Shown: in pieces, positions 1-10,389 of the stretch
How positions within the stretch are numbered: position 1 is the stretch's first letter
Layout of the letters: every line of letters begins with the position of its first letter
Origin: Marinicella sp.
Lineage (GTDB): Bacteria > Pseudomonadota > Gammaproteobacteria > Xanthomonadales > Marinicellaceae
Reading direction: 5' to 3'
NCBI GenBank assembly: GCA_965230295.1
Contig: OZ246001.1
Span: 3,648,001-3,712,000, forward strand
DNA length: 64,000 nt
Notes under the pieces: model-generated
Told to the model about the DNA's origin: nothing
What the model saw: the letters and a program-made list of their open reading frames with translations, nothing else
Databases searched by the model: none
Made by a program: the position numbers and the translations under genes

Positions 1-1116
1 TACACTTCTCAGGAATGGTTTGATCGAGAACAAAAGTACATTTTTTCAAAAGTGTGGTCTTTTGCAGGTTTGGCTGAAGACATCAGTGAACCAGGGCAGT
101 TCAAAACAATCCAAGCAGGATTAAACAACATAGTCATCGTCATGGGTAGAGACCACCGACTCAGGGCTTTTCATAACATCTGCCGCCATCGTGGAACTCA
201 GTTAATCAGGGCAGTGGGCAAAGCCCAAAAAGCTTTTACCTGTCCATACCATGACTGGACATATGATTTGGAAGGCAACCTGATCTCAGTACCTGAAGAA
301 GACGATGAATTCAAAGGTATTGATAAATCATGTTTGGGATTGATACCCGCATTGGTTGATAAATGGCGGGGCATGTTATTTGTTCACCCTGATGTTAATT
401 CGGGATCGATTATGGATTACTTCGGTGAGATTGAACCGCATTTAGGACCTCATGATGTAGATGCATTGATTGAATATCCGGACTCTGTGGTGACCGAAAC
501 CATCAAAGCCAATTGGAAGATTGTGGTTGAAAACTACATTGATGTATATCACTTGTCTCATCTGCATTCAGGTACCTTGAATATGTACGATCACAAAAGA
601 GCAGAATATGGCTTTGTTGGGCCTCATTATGCCTTTTGGGAACCTTTGACCAAACACTACTTGGACAACATTGAAAATAATTCACCGATGCCATTGATCT
701 TACCCAAAGACCAATTGGGGGCTTCAGTGCCCATGCTGTTCCCCGGGCTTGGGTTGGGAGAATCAGAAAGCAGTTGGTCAACCTTTCACGTCACACCCAT
801 GGCAACAGACTTGACTCGGGTAGAAGTCAGAACCAAGGTCAAGAAGGCATCAAACTGGGAGTTTTCTAAACAGGCTATGAAATCTGCTTCCTATTGGGGC
901 AAACAAATCACAGGGAAGTACACTGATGAAAATGGACAGGGTACAGATGACCCGATGACATCAGGTGACTTCATGAAAGAAGACATCTATGTATGCGAAC
1001 AACAACAGAAAAACCTACAAAGTCCATACTTTACAGTGGGCCCTTTTGCCAAAAGTGGTGAATCACCGGTACGCGAACACCAGAAAGTGGTCTTGAGTTT
1101 TATGGAAAAATCATGA
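1..1116 (+). CDS. Rieske non-heme iron oxygenase alpha subunit (aromatic ring-hydroxylating/choline monooxygenase-like), 5' partial
   Basis: Frame +1 is open from base 1 (YTSQEWFDREQKYIFSKVW). Rieske motif CRH...CPYH, mononuclear Fe motif ENYIDVYHLSHLH, C-terminal ED...CE.QQ. Confidence 0.9.
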   Translation, partial: YTSQEWFDREQKYIFSKVWSFAGLAEDISEPGQFKTIQAGLNNIVIVMGRDHRLRAFHNICRHRGTQLIRAVGKAQKAFTCPYHDWTYDLEGNLISVPEEDDEFKGIDKSCLGLIPALVDKWRGMLFVHPDVNSGSIMDYFGEIEPHLGPHDVDALIEYPDSVVTETIKANWKIVVENYIDVYHLSHLHSGTLNMYDHKRAEYGFVGPHYAFWEPLTKHYLDNIENNSPMPLILPKDQLGASVPMLFPGLGLGESESSWSTFHVTPMATDLTRVEVRTKVKKASNWEFSKQAMKSASYWGKQITGKYTDENGQGTDDPMTSGDFMKEDIYVCEQQQKNLQSPYFTVGPFAKSGESPVREHQKVVLSFMEKS

Positions 1117-2168
1117 CTTTAACGCCCATTCAAGTCAAAGTCATGAAAACTGAAACAATCATCAAAGGTGATGCCAAATCAGTTTACCTGGCACCCTTAA
1201 ACGGCTATTTCACAGGCTTAAATTGGCAGGCTGGACAACACATCACTTTAATACTGAACATCAATGGGCAAGAAGTCCGGCGTTCATATTCGGTTTCAAT
1301 ACCGCCTAATAAAGCTCACATGAGAATCACTGTTAAACGTCTTCATGGTGGATTGGTTTCCAATCACATCAATGATCACACAGAGCAGGGTGATGTCATA
1401 GCAATTTTGCCTCCCTATGGCAGCTTTGTACTTATTCCCGACAAACTACAAAGATGTACACATTATTTCTTTGCAGCCGGGAGTGGCATCACGCCCATTT
1501 ATGCGATGATAAAACACTTGCTGAATACTGAACCACATTCGATCGCTCATTTGGTTTATGGCAATAAAAACCACAAGCAAATCATTTTTCAGGAAAAACT
1601 GGACCAGTTACTTAGACAACACCCAGATCGACTGACGATTTCACATGTCTTGAGTAAACCATCCATGTGGACTGGTTATCAATATTGGCGAAAGGGCCGC
1701 GTAGATGGTGGTTGTGTAACTGCCTTCATCAATGCCTTCAAACCCTATGCACAAGACACCCGGTATCATGTCTGCGGGCCAGGGCAAATGAATCAGACGG
1801 TCAAGCATGCACTGAATGCCTTAGATGTTCCGAATAACCGGATTTGCATGGAAAGTTATGGCAACCCACAAGCCAAAGAAGTGATCAAGGAAGGAGTTGC
1901 TGCTGATATTAAAATAAAACTGAATGGTGTGCATCATCAAATCAATGTCCAGAAAAATCAAACCGTGTTACAAGCTGCTAAACAGGCAGACATTGACCCG
2001 CCTTATTCTTGTGAATCAGGTGTTTGCGGAGCCTGTCAGGCGCATCTTGTTGAAGGACAAGTCCAAATGAAAAACAACTTGGTCTTATCAGAAGAAGAGT
2101 TGAACAAAGGTGTTATTCTCACATGCCAATCATTGGCCAAGAGTCCTCAGTTAACCATCGAATACTAA
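1113..2168 (+). CDS. Ferredoxin-NAD(P) reductase with C-terminal 2Fe-2S domain (PaaE/KshB-type oxygenase reductase)
   Basis: RSYS FAD motif, AAGSGITP, CGP, and CESGVCGAC...C ferredoxin motif. ATGA overlap with the oxygenase. Confidence 0.92.
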   Translation: MTLTPIQVKVMKTETIIKGDAKSVYLAPLNGYFTGLNWQAGQHITLILNINGQEVRRSYSVSIPPNKAHMRITVKRLHGGLVSNHINDHTEQGDVIAILPPYGSFVLIPDKLQRCTHYFFAAGSGITPIYAMIKHLLNTEPHSIAHLVYGNKNHKQIIFQEKLDQLLRQHPDRLTISHVLSKPSMWTGYQYWRKGRVDGGCVTAFINAFKPYAQDTRYHVCGPGQMNQTVKHALNALDVPNNRICMESYGNPQAKEVIKEGVAADIKIKLNGVHHQINVQKNQTVLQAAKQADIDPPYSCESGVCGACQAHLVEGQVQMKNNLVLSEEELNKGVILTCQSLAKSPQLTIEY

Positions 2169-2294
2169 GAGCGCTTTTCATGCCTGAAGCCCTGCAATTC
2201 ATTCACAGATAAGCAGATTGATGGAATGCTCGAATATTGAGATGATATCTCAACAGCACAATTCTTCTTTGAATTGATCAGTTATAATGTCTAT

Positions 2295-2513
2295 ATGCAA
2301 TTGATAAAAATACTGCTATCCAATATCATTTTACCCATCATGTTGGTGATAATTGGGTTCGGCATCACGTTTAAATTTGATCACCCATTGCCTGTTATTA
2401 TTGGCGTGACTTTGGCAGCCATTGTTAATTTCATTGCAGTCAGAAAGGCCAAAATAGCACGCAGTCATAAAGTGGCAAAGTATATTGGCAGTCTGGATGA
2501 TGGCGGTCAATGA
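2295..2513 (+). CDS. Small hypothetical membrane protein (2 TM)
   Basis: Two hydrophobic segments followed by a basic tail. Confidence 0.45.
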   Translation: MQLIKILLSNIILPIMLVIIGFGITFKFDHPLPVIIGVTLAAIVNFIAVRKAKIARSHKVAKYIGSLDDGGQ

Positions 2514-2723
2514 TGTCTAGCATGAGAAAGGGTATTGATTCATGACAATCGATGATAATAATTCATCAAGGGATTTCATAATTGCAGATTATTCAATTGG
2601 AATTGACACTATAATCACGTTCAATAATGATAATTCGCTTTATGATTCGCCAATGACATCCATAAGAAAATTGGATAACTGGTATATATTTCTAACATGC
2701 GCTACTGAATTGGATCAAATCAC

Positions 2724-3857
2724 ATGACAATAAATACAACTGAATCCTGTAAGTTCCTATCTTCTGAAAATGATTCAAAAATAGCTGGCAACGTATTGAT
2801 TACTATAGTTATATGTTTGTGTTTTGCGTTTGACACTGTTGCAGAACAGCCTTTTCAAGTGGATGTGATGTATCCAGAGAGGATTGAACAAAGCCAAATC
2901 ATCAAGCTACCTGGTACCATCCAAGCCAAACAACACGCACAACTGGCTTCATTAGAATCAGGGCGGGTGGAGAGTTTGGCAGTTGAAGTGGGCGATGTCG
3001 TCAATAAAGGTCAGGTGTTGCTGATTTTGGAAAGTCAGTTGGCAGAGTTGGAAGTCACCGGAGCCTTGGCAGAAGTCAAAGCTGCAGAGCTGAACTTGCA
3101 AGAAGCCAAGCGATTGTATGGTGAGGTGCAAAAATTATCAGTCCAACAAGCCGTCGCCAAGACATTAATCGCAGAACGGGCTGCCTTGTTGGCCAATGCT
3201 GAAGTTGAGCTGGCCAGGGTCAAAGCCAATCACAATATTCAGCAAGAACGACTGAATCGGCACCGTCTAAAAGCGCCATTCACAGGAGTTATTGCTGAAA
3301 GAAATGTAGATGTGGGTGAGTGGATCACACCACAAAATTCAGTACTGACTTTGGTGGCACAAAACGATTTAAGACTGGCCATTGAGGTCCCTCAACAACA
3401 TTACAACACACTGCGAGCTATCAACGATGTGAAGGTCAGGGTGATTCCAGATACTGCAGGAATCGAATCCATTTCTGCCACGTTAAGTCGGCTGGTACCA
3501 GTCTCCGATTTCCAAACACGTACTTTTTCAGCGCAAATAGATTTGCCTGTTGTGGCATCGAATGGATGGGTTCCAGGCATGTCAGCCCAAGCAGAGCTCT
3601 CGTTTCCTGACAGTGAACAATCAGCCATCATCTTGCCTCGTTCAGCGATCAAACAACATCCAGATGGGAACAGCAGTGTTTTTGTGGTTGATAACAATCA
3701 GGCCAGAAGATTGGTCACAGCATTCACTTCTTTACCAAACAATCAAGTGGCCATATATGGACAACCTGCCAATCAAGCCTATATAGTCAGTGGCGTAGAG
3801 TTGTTAAGAGAAGGGTCAACCATCGTGGCGAATGTGATACAAAATGAACCACAATGA
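2724..3857 (+). CDS. RND efflux periplasmic adaptor (membrane fusion protein)
   Basis: Lipoyl-like GRVESLAVEVGDVV and APFTGVI motifs, coiled coil, PGM motif. Overlaps the RND permease. Start codon uncertain. Confidence 0.9.
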   Translation: MTINTTESCKFLSSENDSKIAGNVLITIVICLCFAFDTVAEQPFQVDVMYPERIEQSQIIKLPGTIQAKQHAQLASLESGRVESLAVEVGDVVNKGQVLLILESQLAELEVTGALAEVKAAELNLQEAKRLYGEVQKLSVQQAVAKTLIAERAALLANAEVELARVKANHNIQQERLNRHRLKAPFTGVIAERNVDVGEWITPQNSVLTLVAQNDLRLAIEVPQQHYNTLRAINDVKVRVIPDTAGIESISATLSRLVPVSDFQTRTFSAQIDLPVVASNGWVPGMSAQAELSFPDSEQSAIILPRSAIKQHPDGNSSVFVVDNNQARRLVTAFTSLPNNQVAIYGQPANQAYIVSGVELLREGSTIVANVIQNEPQ

Positions 3858-6800
3858 TTGAGTCCACAGTCAAACGCGGTATTTTAGTTACAGTGCTGGT
3901 GCTGATCACCTGTATCCTTGGGGTGGTGGCCTCCATCAAAATTCCGGTACAAATGATCCCTGATTTAGAAGTCAGGACCATCACCGTTCAAACCGGTTGG
4001 CCTGGTGCCACGCCACAAGACGTTGAAAAGGAAATCCTGATCGAACAAGAGCGGTACTTACGAAGCTTGCCCAACTTAAAACGCATGATTTCATCGGCAG
4101 GCATGGGATCGGCCAGAATCGAATTGGAGTTTCCATTTGGGGTTGATGTCAATGAAGCATTGATCAGGGTCAGTAATGCCCTCAGCCAAGTACCTGCCTA
4201 TCCAGAAAATGTGGATCAACCCAGGTTGTTTTCAAGTTCTTTTTCTAGCAATGCTTTCATGTTTTTCCGCTTGGTTCCCTTGCCAGACAATCCAATGCAG
4301 CTGGATATTGATATGTTGCGTGATTTTGCCGATGACTACATCCGCCCCAGAATGGAAAGTGTTCCAGGTGTTTCACAAGTGGATGTGCGCGGTGGTGCGG
4401 CTCGACAAATTCAAATCAAATTGGACATGGTCCAGTTGGCTCAACGCGGTATCAGTCTCAGCCAAGTAAGGGAAGCCATTCGATCAAGAAATTCCGATGC
4501 CTCAGCCGGTGACCTGGAAAGTGGAGAAAGTCGATATTTGTTGCGAGTGATTGGTCGTTTCGATCAACTTGATGACCTGGAAAATCTGATCATAGATCGC
4601 AATGAAAACAGTACATTGTTACTCAAAGACATTGCAGAAATCACTTTGGACCATTATGAAACCAGAAGCCTTTCTTTTGCCGATGGTCAACGCAGCTTGT
4701 CTCTTTCTGTGCGACGTGAAAGTGGTTCTAATGTGATTGCCATCAAGGAGTCTTTACTGCCTGTAGTGGATGAGTTGAATGCATCATTGTTGGTCCAAAA
4801 TGGACTTAAATTAACTTTGTCCAGTGATGATGTTCAGTATGTATCCAATTCATTGGAAAATGTGTGGTTTAACCTGGCCCTAGGGGCCTTATTGGCGACA
4901 CTGGTGATGTTTTTTTTCCTGCGCTCAGGACAATCTACTTTGATAGGTGTATTGGGTATTCCAGTTTGTACCATTGCTGCTTTTTTGGCATTGTTGGCCT
5001 TCGATCGAACCATCAATGTGATTTCTTTGGCAGGCGTGGCATTTGCCATAGGAATGACGGTAGACAACACCATTGTGGTGTTGGAGTCGATCATGCAATT
5101 CCGCAAAAAAGGGCACAGCCGCTATCAGGCGGCGGTGGCAGGGGTACAAGAGGTTTGGCCAGCTGTGTTGGCATCAACCACCACCACCGTTTTGGTCTTT
5201 GCACCGATTCTGTTCATTGTACAAGAGGCGGGTCAACTGTATTCAGACATAGCCATTGCGATTTCAGGGGCCATTGTGGCTTCAATGCTGGTGGCAATCT
5301 TTGTAATCCCTGTGGCGATGGCCAATCTTGGAAAGGAACACTATACCCCGGGTAAATCATTACAATTGGGCCGAGGCTGGATGCGCTTGGTGGGAATTTT
5401 TACTGTCAGTCAGCAGCGGGCTCGTTTACTTTCTGTGGGATTTTTAGCGGTTATTTTAGGCAGCGCCTATGTTTTGATGCCACCTGCAGAATATTTGCCT
5501 GAAGGAGAGGAACCCAAGGCCTTCTCAATGATGTTCGCACCACCCAGTTATAACTTGTCTGAAATGGAAGCCATCGGCGCAGACTTACGTGAATACTTCG
5601 AACCTTATCTCCATGCTGAACCGGAAGCCTTTGAGTCAGGTGAGACCAACATGCCGCCATTGGCTTACTACAGCATGTCCATATCGATCGGTCGAATCTG
5701 GTTTCTCAGTGCTCCTGTGGAACCTAATAACATCCATGCCATGATGGACGCCATCACTGAAAAATTCAGAAGTTATGAAAATATGCGGGCATTTTCTTCA
5801 CGTGGCTCGATCATTTCCAGTAATGATGGAGGCACCCGAGCAGTGGCTGTGGATTTGTCAGGCAGCATAATTACAGATTTATATGCTGCCGCAGAAGCGG
5901 TTTATGCCGAAGCTGAACATGTATTTGAACAACCACAAATCAATTCTGATCCCAGTTCGCTGACTCTCGATCAGCCCTTGATAGAAATTCGACCCCGTTG
6001 GCAAAGGCTGGCTGAGTTGGGTATCAGTAACCGTGAATTTGGTTATGGAGTGGCCACCATCAGTGACGGCGCTTATGTCGATGAATTCATCTTGAATGAC
6101 GATAAAGTGGACATCTTTTTGTTCAGTGGTGCCGGTAACCAGCAAACCATTGAGGCTCTGGCTGCCGCACCATTGACTTTACCTCAAGGCGGAATCATTC
6201 CTTTGAATGCAGTGGCCGATTTGGTAGAAAGTAAGAACAGCGATTCAGTTCGCCGAGTGGATGGTAGACGCACAGTAACTGTTTATATCATTCCCCCTCG
6301 TGAGGTTGCTTTAGAAACCGCAGAAGCCAAGGTTCGTAATGAATTATTGCCTACCTTATGGCAACAAGGTCACATTGCTCAAGGTGTTAACGTCAGCATC
6401 AGTGGTGCTGCCGACCAATTAGAATCAACCAAAGCTTCACTTTCCAGTAACTTTTTGGTGGCCATTGTGCTTTGTTATTTACTTCTTGTGGCAATATTCA
6501 CCCATTGGCGTTTTCCTTTATTTATTTTGGCCACAGTACCACTTGGAATGGCAGGTGGGTTGTTGGGTTTGATTGCCGTCAATGGTGTTATTGCAGTATT
6601 AGGCACCTTAGGTTTTGGTGGTGCACATCAACCCTTCGATATGATTACCATGCTGGGGTTTCTGATCTTACTGGGCACTGTGGTGAACAACCCGATCCTC
6701 ATTGTCGACCAAACCAGACGTTTCCTTGATCAAGGTCAAAATGTACAAAATGCCGTCCGTCAGGCCGTGCAGAAACGCCTTAAACCCATATTGATGTCAA

Positions 6801-6982
6801 CCGCAACAACCATCTTCGGTTTGGCTCCATTGGTGCTGATACCAGGGGAGGGTACCGAATTATATCGTGGTGTTGGTGTGATTGTGATGTGCGGGATCTT
6901 CGTTTCAACTGTCCTCAGTTTGACCTTCTTGCCTGCCTTGTTGATGGGGTTGTTGCGTGATAGAGTAAAACCCAATCATTAA
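3854..6982 (+). CDS. RND efflux permease (AcrB/AcrD/AcrF family)
   Basis: 1042 aa; WPGATPQDVE, GMTVDNTIVVLE, GTVVNNPILIVD and RLKPILMST motifs. Confidence 0.95.
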   Translation: MIESTVKRGILVTVLVLITCILGVVASIKIPVQMIPDLEVRTITVQTGWPGATPQDVEKEILIEQERYLRSLPNLKRMISSAGMGSARIELEFPFGVDVNEALIRVSNALSQVPAYPENVDQPRLFSSSFSSNAFMFFRLVPLPDNPMQLDIDMLRDFADDYIRPRMESVPGVSQVDVRGGAARQIQIKLDMVQLAQRGISLSQVREAIRSRNSDASAGDLESGESRYLLRVIGRFDQLDDLENLIIDRNENSTLLLKDIAEITLDHYETRSLSFADGQRSLSLSVRRESGSNVIAIKESLLPVVDELNASLLVQNGLKLTLSSDDVQYVSNSLENVWFNLALGALLATLVMFFFLRSGQSTLIGVLGIPVCTIAAFLALLAFDRTINVISLAGVAFAIGMTVDNTIVVLESIMQFRKKGHSRYQAAVAGVQEVWPAVLASTTTTVLVFAPILFIVQEAGQLYSDIAIAISGAIVASMLVAIFVIPVAMANLGKEHYTPGKSLQLGRGWMRLVGIFTVSQQRARLLSVGFLAVILGSAYVLMPPAEYLPEGEEPKAFSMMFAPPSYNLSEMEAIGADLREYFEPYLHAEPEAFESGETNMPPLAYYSMSISIGRIWFLSAPVEPNNIHAMMDAITEKFRSYENMRAFSSRGSIISSNDGGTRAVAVDLSGSIITDLYAAAEAVYAEAEHVFEQPQINSDPSSLTLDQPLIEIRPRWQRLAELGISNREFGYGVATISDGAYVDEFILNDDKVDIFLFSGAGNQQTIEALAAAPLTLPQGGIIPLNAVADLVESKNSDSVRRVDGRRTVTVYIIPPREVALETAEAKVRNELLPTLWQQGHIAQGVNVSISGAADQLESTKASLSSNFLVAIVLCYLLLVAIFTHWRFPLFILATVPLGMAGGLLGLIAVNGVIAVLGTLGFGGAHQPFDMITMLGFLILLGTVVNNPILIVDQTRRFLDQGQNVQNAVRQAVQKRLKPILMSTATTIFGLAPLVLIPGEGTELYRGVGVIVMCGIFVSTVLSLTFLPALLMGLLRDRVKPNH

Positions 6983-7318
6983 AGGTTGATTAACCTACAA
7001 AGGCTCATTACACGTACTGTGATGATCATGTAGCCAATCAGATCAACTGTCGAGACACAACAGTCCTCATTCATTTCTACTGTTGTGAATTATTCACAGT
7101 TAACACGATCCAAAATGATGATTCAGACATCGATGTTTTCTTGTTATGTGGGAATTAATTGACAATTTTTTAAGAATTTCCCCATATCCAAAACCGGCCA
7201 CAATACTTCAAATTAAGTTGATCAAGCGTCTTTTTGTGACATGGAATATATACATGTATGCAAAATAAGCCAACATTTCAAGGCTGTAATGCTTGATTCA
7301 ACTATTGAGGAGGCATTT

Positions 7319-8584
7319 ATGAAAAACATACATTTATTAGCAACGAAGCCAAGAAAGAAGGACAGAAAAATCTCATCTTACGATGCAATGAATCTGTTTA
7401 AATTGATCAAGTTAAGTTTTGTTTTATTGGCTTTATTTTTTCCGTATACTGTTATGGCACAGAATGATTGCAGATGGGCTGGAACAGCACCTAGCTGCAA
7501 CGGTTCTTGCAATGCTGGTGAAAGTGAGATCACGAGATTGAGTTTTCTACCTGGTGGGTACCCGCCGTATTACTATGGTCCTGATTTCGGTAAGCCATGT
7601 ATTTCTGGGTCAAAAGCATTGTGCTGTAAGACTCCTGGCAGATCCTGTCGCTGGGATGGCACAGCCCCTTTTTGCGAAGGATCCTGTAATGCTGGTGAAA
7701 AAGTATCCCAACCACCAGCGGGTTCATCCAGTGGAAAAGCTTGTTGGACGGGCAAAAAGGTGTATTGTTGTCGTTCGACAGGTTCCAGTCAATCACCGCT
7801 AACGGCCAAGTCTGAAAAACCACTGTACGCTGCCATTTGGGAAAAAGGTGATGGTACTGCCTGGGTGGCTCGCCACGACATGACTCCCAAAAAATACCAA
7901 CAAGAATTTGATCACTGGGTGAAAAAAGGTTTTCGACTGGTTGATGTCAGTGGCTTCAGTGTGGGTGGTCAACAACGTTTTGCAGCCATCTGGGAGAAAA
8001 GCAATGGACCGGCTTGGCTGGCCCGACACGGCATGGATTCTGCACAATACCAACAGGCGTTTAACAAATGGACTCAAAAGGGTTACCGCTTGTCCCATGT
8101 CAGTGGCTATGGCGTTGGTAGCGAAGACCGTTATGCGGCCATTTGGGAAAAACGCAAAGGCAAGCCTTGGGTGGCTCGTCATGCCATGACTTCGGCCAAA
8201 TACCAGCAAGAATTCAACAAATGGACCAAGAAGGGCTACCGCTTAATTCATGTCAGTGGCTACAACGCCGGCGGTGAAGACCGTTATGCGGCCATATGGG
8301 AAAAAAGCAAAGGGCCTAAATGGAAAGCAAGACACGGTATGACCTCTGAGCAATACCAGAAAGAATTCAACAAGGTGACGAAAAAGGGCTACCGCCTGAC
8401 CCACATCAGTTCTTGGCGTTCCGGCAAAACCAATCGCTACGCAGCCATATGGGAAAAAGACAAAGGTCCTGGCTGGGTGGCACGTCATGCCATGACTTCA
8501 GCCAAATACCAGCAAGAATTCAACAAATGGACCCAAAAAGGCTATCGACCCAAGGACGTCAGTGGCAGCAAACGAGCAGAATGA
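7319..8584 (+). CDS. Secreted protein with two Cys-rich CRWxGTAPxCxGSC modules and five BTRD/polyglycine-hydrolase-like structural repeats
   Basis: GAGGAGG RBS before ATG 7319, signal peptide ending VMAQ, and ~51 aa repeats YAAIWEK..G..WxARHxMxxxxYQxxFxxW.KxGYR...VSG. Confidence 0.8.
   Translation: MKNIHLLATKPRKKDRKISSYDAMNLFKLIKLSFVLLALFFPYTVMAQNDCRWAGTAPSCNGSCNAGESEITRLSFLPGGYPPYYYGPDFGKPCISGSKALCCKTPGRSCRWDGTAPFCEGSCNAGEKVSQPPAGSSSGKACWTGKKVYCCRSTGSSQSPLTAKSEKPLYAAIWEKGDGTAWVARHDMTPKKYQQEFDHWVKKGFRLVDVSGFSVGGQQRFAAIWEKSNGPAWLARHGMDSAQYQQAFNKWTQKGYRLSHVSGYGVGSEDRYAAIWEKRKGKPWVARHAMTSAKYQQEFNKWTKKGYRLIHVSGYNAGGEDRYAAIWEKSKGPKWKARHGMTSEQYQKEFNKVTKKGYRLTHISSWRSGKTNRYAAIWEKDKGPGWVARHAMTSAKYQQEFNKWTQKGYRPKDVSGSKRAE
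7826..8565 (+). repeat. Intragenic ~153 bp tandem repeat (5 units)
   Basis: Near-identical DNA blocks, e.g. catgccatgacttc(g/a)gccaaataccagcaagaattcaacaaatggacc near 8180 and 8486. Confidence 0.85.
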
Positions 8585-9184
8585 TCATCCATTGATCAAC
8601 TCGTCATTTAAATGGACAGTCATCCAATCACTAAAATCCTGTTTAAACAGAAATACAGTGCATGTAGAATTTTAGGAGCGGGTGGCTGTCCTTGATGAGG
8701 AAAGTTACCGTCCAACAGTGTATAATCATATGAAACACTATAAAGGAATGTTCTTGGGGCTTTACTGCAATTGTTCCAAACAATTCTCTGCATTCACCCC
8801 GTCCTGGGGATCGATGCGGTAGCTGCCGAGGTGAACATGACAGGCTACCTCGCACGCACTACGGCATTCAAATCGGGCTTCTTTATCTTCGATAAAACCG
8901 CCAACCTTTCATCACCTGCGCTGCCTAACCGGTTCGGTGGGTCATGCTGCTCAGCAGCTTTCCTACTACTAAAGGGCTCAAACAGTTTATGTTTCATGAG
9001 GAGAATAGGGCGAGTCTACTTGATGACAATAAAGATTTTCCCAAGTGTATTTCGTCGCATTTCTATGTCAGTTCATCCCATTGACATTGATGTTGTCTAT
9101 CAGGATTTTTAAGATCATTTTATTCAGCCATCGTGATTGACTGAATATGCCATGAAACAGATAAATGTGCGGGAGGATATTCAA

Positions 9185-10177
9185 ATGCTTGGTATAAAAA
9201 ACAGACAACGTGACCGTAATCAGCTGATGCTTAATCTTCTTGTTGTTCCATTTGGCCTATCTGGCAGTTTTGATGAATCTTCTCAGCATACCTTCAAGAC
9301 AACGACTGATACCCAAGGTTGCGTGATCCAGCAGTTAACCAGTGAGGACTACGATGAATTCCAACACCATGGTGTCAGTGATGACGGCCAATGGCTTGCC
9401 GTGGGGTGGAACAAGGGTGAGGATGCTGATGGGAATCCCGTCAGAGGCTCATACCTGTTGAATTTGCTTACAGGAAAAAAAAAGCATTTGCCCAAACCGC
9501 TCAACCACAATTCCAGCTTTTCACCTGATGGTCAATTTTTGATCGGTGCCCAGTATACCTCTGATGGCAAGACAGAATTGTATGAGTACGATCTCAAAGC
9601 GGAGCAGGCCACTGTCATTGCGGCAGATCCCAATTGGGATTTCAAACCCAGTTACACGCCCGATGGACAATCCATCGTTTTTAATTCATACCGCACGGGA
9701 AATTCAGAAATTTACCTTTATGCTCGCGCAGACAAAACCATGCAGCAATTGACCCAACATGACAGCTACGATTCCCATGGAGAGATGTCACCTGACGGCC
9801 GCAAAATTTTGTTTCATAGACATGTGAAAACCAAGTCTGAAGGGGTTTATGATTTTGATCTTTACGTTCACGATATTGCCACTGGTACAGAATCCCGATT
9901 AACCTCAACACCTCAAGAAGAAGGGTACCCTGCCTGGGGGCCAGACGGGAAAAAAATTGTTTTCAGCTACAACAAAAACGACAAGCCAGGCGTCAACCAC
10001 CTTTATATCATGGAGCCAGACGGTACGCTGAAGCAACTTACAGGAGGTGACTGGAAAGACAGCTACGCACAGTGGACTCGGGATGGTAGTTACATTTATT
10101 TCAATACAGACCGCAACGGCGTCTCCGATATCTATCGCATCAAAATGGATGGCTCTAACTGCGTTAAACCCAGTTAA
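9185..10177 (+). CDS. TolB-like PD40/WD40 beta-propeller protein
   Basis: Repeated (S/T)PDG..I.F motifs; GGAGG RBS before ATG 9185. Confidence 0.8.
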   Translation: MLGIKNRQRDRNQLMLNLLVVPFGLSGSFDESSQHTFKTTTDTQGCVIQQLTSEDYDEFQHHGVSDDGQWLAVGWNKGEDADGNPVRGSYLLNLLTGKKKHLPKPLNHNSSFSPDGQFLIGAQYTSDGKTELYEYDLKAEQATVIAADPNWDFKPSYTPDGQSIVFNSYRTGNSEIYLYARADKTMQQLTQHDSYDSHGEMSPDGRKILFHRHVKTKSEGVYDFDLYVHDIATGTESRLTSTPQEEGYPAWGPDGKKIVFSYNKNDKPGVNHLYIMEPDGTLKQLTGGDWKDSYAQWTRDGSYIYFNTDRNGVSDIYRIKMDGSNCVKPS

Positions 10178-10389
10178 TATAGTTAATGACTCATCATACC
10201 GGGCAATGAATGGCAATTTCAGTTTGTCATTCACACAGGCATAAGAATCAACAAATGCTCTGATCTTATTGTTTTCTGAACAATTGTCATTTGCAAACAT
10301 CTGAAGTAATGAACTTTATGTTCAAATATACTTTTATTATGTGCATAGTTGTGTAATATATAAAGTAAATATTCATACAGGGGGACAAG

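Noticed and set aside
2542-2727. 61 aa ORF upstream of the RND adaptor
   Set aside because: AT-rich and without motifs; more likely promoter DNA.
3035-6975. Numerous short alternative-frame ORFs inside the RND genes (and inside other long CDSs)
   Set aside because: They are fully nested in well-supported genes and have no independent motifs.
7826-8565. Regularly spaced DNA repeats as a CRISPR or DGR template/variable repeat
   Set aside because: They are coding protein repeats; no reverse transcriptase is present and I noticed no adenine-specific mismatch pattern.
8643-9112. Overlapping ORFs 8643-8855 (-) and 8771-9112 (+)
   Set aside because: No recognisable motif in the frames I translated. 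It may be a decayed gene, but BLASTX is needed to support a call.
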